Assembly (NCBI GenBank): GCA_015522685.1
Contig: WALU01000035.1
Coordinates: 1 to 64,000 of the forward strand
DNA: 64,000 nt
Origin: Thermoproteota archaeon
GTDB taxonomy: Archaea > Korarchaeota > Korarchaeia > Korarchaeales > Korarchaeaceae
Direction of reading: 5' to 3'
Position 1 is the stretch's first letter, and every line of letters starts with the position of its first letter. The notes under the pieces are model-generated. The model was not told the origin of the DNA. It saw only the letters and a program-made list of their open reading frames with translations, and made no database searches. This document shows, piece after piece, positions 19,951-28,845 of this stretch. Made by a program: the position numbers and the translations under genes.

Positions 19951-21236
19951 ATGGTTCCTCAACATAGAGAGCAAATAGTCGCAGGCTGAAAAGCCCTATG
20001 ATTGCGCTCACCAGAAATGAAATTGCAGCCCCTGGGAGTGTAATTCCAATTAATAGGATCTTCTTAGGGGCATACTGTTGATATAGCTGACCACCAACTA
20101 TTGGGCCCAGTACTGCGCCGATATTAAAGATAGCTTGTACCGTCCCAAATACCTTTCCTCTAATTTCTCTAGGAGAGATATCGGCCTGTAGTGCTCTGAA
20201 AGATGGGATATACATTAAAAGCTATAGATCTAAGTGTAGAGAGAAATGTAAGACCCCAGGTCTCTTGCTACTGGGATAACTGCTGTCATCAATCTTGCAA
20301 AAGCGCCTGAATTTATCACGATACCTTTTCTACTGATCTTATCGCTCAATCTTCCACCAGGATAAGCAGCAGCCAAGCCTATTATCCCTGATATTGTAGT
20401 AACTATTGCTATAGCAGATGGATCTGATGATATAAATTGCATTATATAGAGACTCGTATCGGAGCTATAAATCCCATAGCAAATCCATTGGCTAGTCCCA
20501 TGATATATAACGTGTTTATACTTCTCCTAATTGACTTTGATAACTCTATCTTAACTAGAGATTCTTTCTTCCTCTTCAGTGCTTTATCGCGATTCTCTCT
20601 CAGTAGAAAGGAGGATATTATTGATATGGCAAACATGACAGCAAGGCCAAGGAAGGGGAACTTAAGGGCCCATTATAGGTCCTTTATGCCGAGTGTGTAT
20701 ATTCCAAACTTGTACAAAGCAACCCCAATGGCCGGACCTCCTATCATAGCTAAGTTAGATGATGTCATGTAGATAGCCATGGATTGCCCTCTCATCTTAC
20801 TTGGCACGCTATCCATGAGCAGAGCTTCAGCTACTGGCCATATCATAGCAGATGCGACAACCTGTAATCCTCTTATCAAGTATAGATGGTATGCGCTGGA
20901 GGATAAGAGATAAGCATGGGCCAGAACCGAGTATATAACCAAACCGAGTATTATCAGTTTCTTTCGACCCAATCTATCACTTAGCGATCCAAAATATCTA
21001 GCAAGCATGGCTCGAGTTAGCATAAAAGCAGACATCATGAGTCCATACTCTAAAGCATATTGAGAGGCCTGTTTTATGACTCCAAGCTCTTCTGGAAGCT
21101 CGCTAATTCCACCTTCAAGATAGACCACGTAGTATGGAAGTATTGGCGATATAGCTCCAAAACCAAGTGATATGACGAATCCAATTATTGGGAGTACTAT
21201 GACGTTCTTCTTTTCCATTAAGATACCTCTTAACAC
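19931..21236 (-). pseudogene. MFS transporter pseudogene (four fragments)
   Basis: ORFs 20673-21236, 20442-20636, 20230-20442 and 19931-20215 together form one MFS: GSLSDRLGRKK, GRLSDKISRK, REIRGKVFG. Confidence 0.85.
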
Positions 21237-21319
21237 CCCGAAGGGGCTTTCTCATCTATGCAGGAAATTTCGTATACTATTATTTTTAACTATATGAGCG
21301 TCGCTAACTATAACCTTCT

Positions 21320-21455
21320 GAGGTGAATGATATGGGGGATTTAGTTTGGCTTTAAGCCTTTTGATCTAGTTTTGCTACCTTCTGAAAAGAATAATGTGAT
21401 CCTAAAGCTTCCGTTGGAGGGGTTGGAGGTTCTCTTTGAGGGTGATTCTTCATGA
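21320..21455 (+). promoter_or_regulatory. Leader mini-ORF MGDLVWL* plus +1-frame linker ORF coupled to trpB2 (candidate Trp-sensing switch)
   Basis: SD GAGGTGA 21320-26, 5-nt spacer, ATG GGG GAT TTA GTT TGG CTT TAA (21332-21355); +1 frame open 21348-21455, ending in TGA that overlaps the trpB2 ATG. Confidence 0.6.
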
Positions 21456-22738
21456 TAAGGATAGATTTATCTCGAGAGGAGATTCCGAGTTATTGGTATA
21501 ACATCGTATCAGATTTGCCTGATCTTCCACCACCAATTCATCCAGCTACTAAGAAGCCTTTAGGACCGAGAGATTTTTATCCCATATTCACAAAGGAATG
21601 CGTTGACCAAGAGTTTTCCAAGGAGAGATACATAAAAATACCTGATGAGCTTAGAGAACTCTACATTAGGATAGGAAGGCCTACTCCTCTATATAGGGCT
21701 AAGAGACTTGAGAAATATCTTAAAACACCAGCTAAAATTTATTATAAGAGGGAAGATGTAACACCGACTGGTAGCCATAAGCTAAATACCGCGATTGTTC
21801 AAGCTTTCTGCGCTGCTAGGGAAGGCTTGGAGTATTTGACAACGGAGACCGGTGCCGGTCAATGGGGAAGTGCTTTATCCTATGCTACTGCTATGATGGG
21901 GATAAAAGCCATTGTGTTCATGGTGAGGATATCTTATCTACAAAAACCTTATAGAAAGCTAGTGATGAAGCTTTATGGAGCAGATATATTTCCTTCTCCC
22001 AGCGATAAGACCGAAATTGGGAAGAAGTACCTAGAAAAAGATCCAAATCATCCTGGTTCACTTGGAATAGCTATAAGCGAAGCTATAGATATGGCTAAAA
22101 ATAGTGATAAAGCTAGATACTCATTAGGGAGCGTACTCAATCATGTACTGCTCCATCAGACAATAATAGGCCAGGAGGTGAAGAAGCAATTTGAACTAAT
22201 CGGTGAGAAGCCTGATATCCTCATAGGTTGCTTTGGCGGGGGAAGCAATTTCTCCGGTTTCACATTTCCATTCATCGAGGAAATCTTGAAGGGAAAGGAG
22301 AAGTATGATGTTATTGCAGTTGAGCCTACGGCAGCTCCATCAATGACCAATGGGGAGTATAGGTATGACTTTGGTGATAGTGCTGGTATAACTCCTTTAA
22401 TAAAGATGTTCACTTTAGGACATGATTTCATTCCGCCACCAATCCATGCAGGTGGGCTTAGATATCATGGAGCTGCTCCTACAGTCAGCCTACTGAAATC
22501 TAAGGGGATAGTTAGATCAGTCACCTATGCCCAAGAGGAGACTTTTGAGGCTGGTAGAATTTTCGCAATGACCGAAGGTATAATACCAGCTCCTGAGACA
22601 ACTTATGCCGTTAAGGCAGCTATGGATGAAGCATTAAAGGCAAGAGAGAATAGAGAAGAAAAAGTAATAGCATTCAACTTTTCTGGTCATGGTTTACTTG
22701 ATCTTAAGGGATATGAGGATGTATTGAAGATCTCCTGA
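21452..22738 (+). CDS. trpB2: TrpB2 (stand-alone tryptophan synthase beta-like PLP enzyme)
   Basis: [46 protein letters not shown]; no trpA nearby. Confidence 0.93.
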   Translation: MIRIDLSREEIPSYWYNIVSDLPDLPPPIHPATKKPLGPRDFYPIFTKECVDQEFSKERYIKIPDELRELYIRIGRPTPLYRAKRLEKYLKTPAKIYYKREDVTPTGSHKLNTAIVQAFCAAREGLEYLTTETGAGQWGSALSYATAMMGIKAIVFMVRISYLQKPYRKLVMKLYGADIFPSPSDKTEIGKKYLEKDPNHPGSLGIAISEAIDMAKNSDKARYSLGSVLNHVLLHQTIIGQEVKKQFELIGEKPDILIGCFGGGSNFSGFTFPFIEEILKGKEKYDVIAVEPTAAPSMTNGEYRYDFGDSAGITPLIKMFTLGHDFIPPPIHAGGLRYHGAAPTVSLLKSKGIVRSVTYAQEETFEAGRIFAMTEGIIPAPETTYAVKAAMDEALKARENREEKVIAFNFSGHGLLDLKGYEDVLKIS

Positions 22739-22765
22739 CTTCTCTTTTCTAATACCATCACTTAT

Positions 22766-23716
22766 TCATTTCTTTTTTGGGATGATTCTGGTACCGGTTT
22801 TCCCTTCTAAAGCTTCTATCACTCTATTTATGCTAGTTATTATCGCAATATTGCCCGTCCTTTCTACAAATCTCATAGCTGCTTTTACTTTGGGTCCCAT
22901 GTTCCCAGGAGGAAAATGACCTTCATTATAGTACGTCTTAGCTTCCTCTAAGGCCATTACATCTATGTATTCCTGATTTGGTTTCTTAAAGTTTATAGCG
23001 ACCTTCTCTATATCTGTAAGTATTATGTAGATGTCCGATCCCAGAGATGTCGCCAACCTCTCTCCAGCTAGGTCCTTGTCTATCACAGCATCCATTCCCT
23101 CAAGTTCATCTCTATCAATTACAGGTATTCCTCCACCACCAGATGCTATAACTAATATACCTGCATTTACCATCTTCCTTATCGCTTCTATCTCTACTTG
23201 AGCTATGGGGTCAGGGGATGGAACTACTCTTCTCCATCCCTTTCCTAAATCGTACTTCATTATCCATCCCAGCTTTTCCTTCTCCTTAGCGATATCTTCT
23301 GGATACCACGGACCTATGAACTTGGTCAGGTTTTGAAAGGCTTTATCATTCCGATCAACGAGCACTTGCGTAATAACTGTAGCTACAGGCTTATTTATAC
23401 CAGCCGCCCTCAACTCGTTGATCAGTGATTGCTGGATCATGTAGCCTATCAATCCCTGACTCATTGCACCGCAGGTATGCAGGGGCATAGGAGGAACTTG
23501 AGATGCACCTGCTTCTTGTTGCAATAATATCGCTCCTACTTGAGGACCATTTCCATGAGTTACCACTAAATTGTATCCTCTCCTTATTAGCTCAACCATC
23601 TGCTTGCTAGTTTTCCTAGCATTAGCTAGCTGCTCCTCAAGAGTTCCTTTTTGACCATATTGTAAGAGGGCATTGCCTCCAAGGGCTACTGTGATAAGCT
23701 TCTTCATATAAATCAC
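22766..23716 (-). CDS. arcC: Carbamate kinase
   Basis: ALGGNAL, THGNGPQVG, RRVVPSPDP, SGGGGIPV, AVIDKD, MGPKV. Confidence 0.95.
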   Translation of the reverse strand: MIYMKKLITVALGGNALLQYGQKGTLEEQLANARKTSKQMVELIRRGYNLVVTHGNGPQVGAILLQQEAGASQVPPMPLHTCGAMSQGLIGYMIQQSLINELRAAGINKPVATVITQVLVDRNDKAFQNLTKFIGPWYPEDIAKEKEKLGWIMKYDLGKGWRRVVPSPDPIAQVEIEAIRKMVNAGILVIASGGGGIPVIDRDELEGMDAVIDKDLAGERLATSLGSDIYIILTDIEKVAINFKKPNQEYIDVMALEEAKTYYNEGHFPPGNMGPKVKAAMRFVERTGNIAIITSINRVIEALEGKTGTRIIPKKK

Positions 23717-23745
23717 GCCTTTCTAGAAAAAGGAAGAAGATTATC

Positions 23746-23961
23746 TTATGGAGGCCGTGAGACTGATAGCCCAGTCCAGAGCCTGCTCTCTGCCTGATTG
23801 GATATTATGGGTTGCTTACCCTTTATAACAGGATTCTTCACGTACTTTGCATCTTCACAATCTTCTTCTTGGCCAAAGGTCCTTATCATGAGCATATCAT
23901 AATAACTTAACATTATAGTAGTTATGAAATCTTTTTCTCTTAGATTAAATGATACCACCAA
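23746..23961 (-). pseudogene. Carbamoyltransferase (OTCase-like) remnant with large internal deletion
   Basis: N-terminal 'LREKDFITT' joined almost directly to C-terminal 'VIKGKQPIISNQAESRLWT' (cf. DQAENRL); immediately upstream of arcC. Confidence 0.6.
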
Positions 23962-24110
23962 AATCACCTTTGAAATATGCATGATGAAGTTAGTTTAGCT
24001 AAAGAACTTTTCTGAATTTTAGGCCAACTGAATACTTGAAGTCAGCAAGAAAAGTAAATTTATGAGGATGTAGAATATACTCTAATATCTTAACCTATTT
24101 GGCATACAAG

Positions 24111-25547
24111 CTATGCAGGTATGCTATACCTCTCTATTATTTCTTCTAAGCCGAGAACTTCTACATCCATTCCCCTTAGTGTTTTCAAATATTTAGCTGC
24201 TTTTGTTGAATTCGTCGTTACCTTTCTTATACCCATATCCTCCAACGGAGAAACTACCATGCAAGTATCTGCCCACACTTTAGCACCAAAACTCTTAATT
24301 AGATGAATTAAGCCAGATCTCTCTATCTGAGAGAGTATGGCCCTAGAGGTGTAAAGCCAAAATCTTATTGTTGCAATACGGCCATTTATTAACGAGACTA
24401 TCCGCTTAAATTCATCGAGAGAAAGATGAGGACAACCGATCACTACAAGATCTGATCCACCACTAAAGGTACTCAGTTCATCCAGTGTTGCCTTTAAATC
24501 CTTTAAATTAACCCTTATAGATTTACTCGGTCTCTTAAATAAGTTGGGGGTTATCTTAGGTATATGAAATATTTCTATTGAGCCCGATGCTGCACCAGCA
24601 GCGGCTAATGCCTTCAGTTCCGGAATGTATAGTTTCTTCAAACCTTTGAATAATGGGACGGAGTTGGGATATTCCTTCCCTATGAAATAGCCTAAAGCAT
24701 AGTAATCAACTAACCTATTTAAATCTCCTTCCACTTCAACTGCTATAGTTGGCTTCCTGTTCCTATCCAAATGTCTGCCATATAATGGAGTATAGCCTGT
24801 AGCTGCAGCTATTATTGTTTTTGCCCCGCCTTCCCTATTGCTTCTAGCTCCAATTATACTATTTATAAAGGAGACAGCGCTAGATTCCCCCCAAGATATA
24901 TGCTCTCCATAATGAGGGAGGTTTCCCGCAAGATAAGGAGTGCATGTAAATGATGGTATTGCCCCCATTTTGATTAGGGATTCCACTATATTCATTTGCT
25001 CCCTAGCAAAGTTCTCTGGGATGCCCATCTCTTTCCATCTATATAAATCCATTCCTAGCGGATTTGTTGTCGCAGCTACTTTGAACTTAATCTCATTTTC
25101 CATATTTTTCAGCCATTCTTTTCCCGTATCTCCTATTGTGGCATAGGAAACACCTGATATGTGCACTGAATGTATCCTGACGAACCCTTCAGCCTCAGAG
25201 ATTGATGCTTCCTTCTCTAAGTATCTCCTAAATTCCTCTCTAATGTCTCTATTTTCTAACTTAATTTCCTTAGCTCCCTTGAGTTCTACAGATATTCCAG
25301 CTAGCTCAGCGCTTATGGTAATGCTATCAGGCTCTTCAAGTACTATCTTAATAGGGGCTGTCTTATACTTCTTAAGAGCAAAAAAAGTATATGCGCCTAC
25401 TGTCGATCCTATAGAATGAGGAACATAGACTATCCTGCCTGCTAGACTCTCTCCCCTCTGAGGATGATCTTGTTGTATGATTTTGCCTGTTTTAATATCT
25501 ATCCCATCAAGCCAAGAGATGGGTGCTGTCAGCCTGAGCTCATTCAA
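24111..25547 (-). CDS. Fused aconitase X (DUF126 swivel + DUF521 catalytic domain), probable phosphomevalonate dehydratase
   Basis: N-terminal GIDIKTGKI..DHP..GESLAGR..P.SIGSTVG; then HISGVSY, FTCTPYL, WGESSA, GARSNREGG, IGCPH, DTCMVVSP. Confidence 0.85.
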   Translation of the reverse strand: MNELRLTAPISWLDGIDIKTGKIIQQDHPQRGESLAGRIVYVPHSIGSTVGAYTFFALKKYKTAPIKIVLEEPDSITISAELAGISVELKGAKEIKLENRDIREEFRRYLEKEASISEAEGFVRIHSVHISGVSYATIGDTGKEWLKNMENEIKFKVAATTNPLGMDLYRWKEMGIPENFAREQMNIVESLIKMGAIPSFTCTPYLAGNLPHYGEHISWGESSAVSFINSIIGARSNREGGAKTIIAAATGYTPLYGRHLDRNRKPTIAVEVEGDLNRLVDYYALGYFIGKEYPNSVPLFKGLKKLYIPELKALAAAGAASGSIEIFHIPKITPNLFKRPSKSIRVNLKDLKATLDELSTFSGGSDLVVIGCPHLSLDEFKRIVSLINGRIATIRFWLYTSRAILSQIERSGLIHLIKSFGAKVWADTCMVVSPLEDMGIRKVTTNSTKAAKYLKTLRGMDVEVLGLEEIIERYSIPA

Positions 25548-26623
25548 ATTTCAGTAAACCCCCTAGTGATGTCCATGTCTATGCGTTTTATAAGAGCAAT
25601 TAACAGCTTTATAGCAGCTTCTACGTCGTCAGGAGACATTATGGAGCTATGAGAATGTATATGCCTAGTAGGTACTCCCAGAACTATTGAGGGAACTCCA
25701 TACTTATGTAAATGCACTCTACCTGCATCTGTACCCCCTTTAACTGCTGACAGTTGATAGGATATATTCTCCTCCTCTGCTACCTCTATAACAAACTCCT
25801 TGAGTCTAGCATTAGGTATCATACTCCTATCCCAAGTAAGTATTGAAACACCTTCTCCCATCTTACTAGGGGCCTCGCTAGGTGAAACTCCTGGAGAATC
25901 ACCAGCTATATCAACGTCAACTGCTATGAAAACGTCTGGATCTACAACGTCCGCGGCCGTTTCCGCCCCTCTTAGGCCAACTTCCTCTTGAACTGTGGAT
26001 ACAGCATAATAAGTATTAGGATGGCTTATCCCATGCTCTTTTAGGTTCTTCAAGGTTTCCATAACTATAAAAGCTCCTATTCTATCATCGAAGGCCTTTC
26101 CTAGCCATGCTCTTCCATTCCTAAGGACTTCAAAGGATGATAGCGGTGCTGCCGGATCCCCTATTCTTATACCCATCTCTTTTATCTGTTCCTTATTCTT
26201 CACCCCGATATCTATATAGAGATCTTTGAATTCGAGGGGCTTTTTTCTTTCCTCAGGAGTCATAAGGTGAGGAGGTTTGCTCGTGATAACTCCTATGTAA
26301 TCTCCTTTCTTCGTTCTTATTATAACTCTGTGAGCTGGCAGCGTGGTAGTAACCCACCCACCTAACGGTTCGAACCTGAGGAAGCCATTATCTTCTATTG
26401 AAACTATTATGAATCCGACCTCATCAGCGTGCCCTGAAGCCATAATTCTAGGCCGATCGCTACCTACTTCCTTCAGTATCAGAGATCCTAGCTTATCTGA
26501 TAGGACTTCATCAGAGTATAGAGAATATCTATCCTTCAGCATTTTTAATGGTTCGATTTCAAATCCAGATGGACCAAAAGCCTCAGAAAACCTTGAAAAG
26601 AAAGATATTATTTCATCTTCCAT
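25544..26623 (-). CDS. M42 family aminopeptidase (TET-like)
   Basis: GHADEVG, KAFDDRIG, QEEVGLRGA, GGTDAG, TRHIHS. Confidence 0.92.
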   Translation of the reverse strand: MEDEIISFFSRFSEAFGPSGFEIEPLKMLKDRYSLYSDEVLSDKLGSLILKEVGSDRPRIMASGHADEVGFIIVSIEDNGFLRFEPLGGWVTTTLPAHRVIIRTKKGDYIGVITSKPPHLMTPEERKKPLEFKDLYIDIGVKNKEQIKEMGIRIGDPAAPLSSFEVLRNGRAWLGKAFDDRIGAFIVMETLKNLKEHGISHPNTYYAVSTVQEEVGLRGAETAADVVDPDVFIAVDVDIAGDSPGVSPSEAPSKMGEGVSILTWDRSMIPNARLKEFVIEVAEEENISYQLSAVKGGTDAGRVHLHKYGVPSIVLGVPTRHIHSHSSIMSPDDVEAAIKLLIALIKRIDMDITRGFTEI

Positions 26624-26668
26624 ACAGCTTAGATCTTCCGACAGATAAATAACTTTATCCTAGGCTAC

Positions 26669-27703
26669 TTGACCGAACTTCTGATGGATAAGAAAGAACC
26701 AGGAATTTACATGGCTTCGGAGATAAGAGAACAATCAGAGGCGGTCAGAAGAACGTTATTAGGGGCGGGAGAGAAAGCTTCTCTAGCTGCCCAGCATCTT
26801 TTAGACAGATTCATTTATACAACAGGCAGTGGATCCAGCTACCATGCCTCATTAGTGTTGAATAGGACCTTAGTGAGGATAGCAGGAGCTAGAGTAACCT
26901 CAATACCTGCCTCTGAATTACCTAGCTGGATTCCATCTGATCTTAAGAACTCCGCTTTAATAGCTTTCTCTCAAAGTGGAGAAAGCAAGGATGTTATACT
27001 GGCAGCGAAAGAGTTTAAGGAAAAAGCTCCTTATGATCCCATTATATCGATAACTAATACAAGAGATAGCACTTTAGCTTTGATGTCTGATCTTGTAATA
27101 TTAACTAGGGCTGGGAAGGAAAGAGCCATTGCAGCCACGAAGAGCTACACTACGCAGTTAGCTACATCTATCCTCCTCTCCCTTGAGCTAGCAAGGATAA
27201 AAGGAAGAGATGTAAGCTCACTGGAGGAAGAACTGAAGAAAATACCAGGCAAGATGAAACAAACAATATCCAGCATCAATACTGTAGAGGATATAGCAAG
27301 TAGGATAAGGGATAAGATAATGGGATTCGTTCTCGGTAAAGGGTCCAACTATCCAACTGCCCTTGAGGCAGCTCTTAAGCTCAGGGAAACATCAAACCTT
27401 CATTATGTTGGTTATGCTGCTAGAGAGTTCCTTCATGGACCAATACAGCTTATAGGTAGAGAAACTCCTGTTATTTTTCTAAACTGGTCCGAGATAGTAG
27501 AGGTAGTTGAGAAGGTTAGATCTTTCGGAGGAGATGTGATCAGGGTAGGCAGCGGAGGAGAGATTTCTCTTCCATATACAGCATATGAACTGTCTCCTCT
27601 CCTAATGATAATACCCATGCAGCTGTTATCCTATAAGATATCCCTTTTAAGAGGGTTGGATCCGGATAAGCCTGAGAAATTATCAAAGGTGGTGACTGAA
27701 TGA
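26669..27703 (+). CDS. Double-SIS-domain protein (GlmS isomerase-like / glucosamine-6-P deaminase-like)
   Basis: GSGSSYHA, SQSGESKD, AATKSYT, EAALKLRE, EFLHGP, DPDKPEKLSKVV; no glutaminase domain. Confidence 0.85.
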   Translation: MTELLMDKKEPGIYMASEIREQSEAVRRTLLGAGEKASLAAQHLLDRFIYTTGSGSSYHASLVLNRTLVRIAGARVTSIPASELPSWIPSDLKNSALIAFSQSGESKDVILAAKEFKEKAPYDPIISITNTRDSTLALMSDLVILTRAGKERAIAATKSYTTQLATSILLSLELARIKGRDVSSLEEELKKIPGKMKQTISSINTVEDIASRIRDKIMGFVLGKGSNYPTALEAALKLRETSNLHYVGYAAREFLHGPIQLIGRETPVIFLNWSEIVEVVEKVRSFGGDVIRVGSGGEISLPYTAYELSPLLMIIPMQLLSYKISLLRGLDPDKPEKLSKVVTE

Positions 27704-28353
27704 AGCTCCTTCTGTTAGAAATAGATAATGTCTTGTATGATTCTAATCTCTTGAAGGGCATAGCCAGAGAATGGGCCCTCACCGCTATGAAAGAAGCGGG
27801 CTTTCCAGTTGATTATGATACAGCAATGAGCATTTTGAAGGATATTATAAGGGATAAGGGGGAAGATTATCCCTATCACTTCAATGAGCTTATGCTACGG
27901 CTTGGACTGAAAGAAGATCATAGAGTAATTGCGGCTGGCGTTATAGCTTATCATGATGTCAAGAGAGCCTTTCTTAAGCCTATCCCTGGCATAATCGAAG
28001 CAATATTATTAGCAAGAGAAGCTAGTTTGAAGGTCGGAGTTATCTCCTCTGGAGATTCTGTAAAAGAGTGGGAGAAGATAATAAGGCTAGGAGTGCATCA
28101 TCTAATCAACTCGGCATGGATAGGTCCAAGGTCTTCATTAGGAGATGTCTTCTCCAGTGGATTTGATCCTAAAGAGACCATATTAATAGCTAATAGCGAG
28201 AAAAGAGTTAGAGAAGCTGAAAAATTAGGCGTGAAATTTCTTATACTCTTAACAGATAATGGAGCTGAGATAATCGAGGAAGGTAAAAGTAGGGAGGTAT
28301 ACGAGGCTTGGCGGATAGGGGCTGCTGTAAAAAGCCTTTTAAGAAAGCTATAG
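27700..28353 (+). CDS. HAD-like hydrolase homologue with degenerate catalytic motifs
   Basis: Cap domain 'AAGVIAYHDVK', 'WEKIIRLG' resembles archaeal HAD-IA proteins; motif I reads EIDNVL. Confidence 0.7.
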   Translation: MKLLLLEIDNVLYDSNLLKGIAREWALTAMKEAGFPVDYDTAMSILKDIIRDKGEDYPYHFNELMLRLGLKEDHRVIAAGVIAYHDVKRAFLKPIPGIIEAILLAREASLKVGVISSGDSVKEWEKIIRLGVHHLINSAWIGPRSSLGDVFSSGFDPKETILIANSEKRVREAEKLGVKFLILLTDNGAEIIEEGKSREVYEAWRIGAAVKSLLRKL

Positions 28354-28796
28354 TTGGTGGAGCCTTTGATAGGTTCCATAAGGGACATAGAGTTCTCATA
28401 GATACAGCGATAAGACTAGCAGATAATGTACTAATAGGATTAGCAGATGGTCCCTTGCTTGCTGCAAAGGCCTATAAGGAAAAGATAATGTCCTACAAGG
28501 AGAGAAAAGAATTAATCAGCGAATATCTTGAGAGAAAGAAGATACACTTTAAAATTATTAGAATAATTGAGCCAATAGGACCTGCTGGTACCGATGAAGA
28601 AGCTGATGTCATAATAGTATCGCCGGAGACCTATGAGAGAGCTCTCATGATAAATGAGGAGAGGACTTTAAATGGCCTCAAAGAGCTGTTTATCGTAGCT
28701 GTACCAACCATAGTAGCTGAAGATGGAAAACCACTCAAATCTCATAGGATAAGAGCTGGAGAGATAGATTCTGAAGGTTGCATTGCGAGGAAATAG
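28308..28796 (+). CDS. coaD: Phosphopantetheine adenylyltransferase (archaeal type)
   Basis: VGGAFDRFHKGH, IIVSPET, INEER..NGL, AEDGKPLKSHRIRAGEID. Confidence 0.85.
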   Translation: MADRGCCKKPFKKAIVGGAFDRFHKGHRVLIDTAIRLADNVLIGLADGPLLAAKAYKEKIMSYKERKELISEYLERKKIHFKIIRIIEPIGPAGTDEEADVIIVSPETYERALMINEERTLNGLKELFIVAVPTIVAEDGKPLKSHRIRAGEIDSEGCIARK

Positions 28797-28845
28797 TGCA
28801 TCAAATTTTTCTTCTGATAGATAACCTTAGCTTTGGTGTTAGGCC

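Noticed and set aside
23981-24015. ATGATGA...CTGA resembling C/D boxes
   Set aside because: Only 24 nt between the boxes, AT-rich, no terminal stem or recognisable guide.
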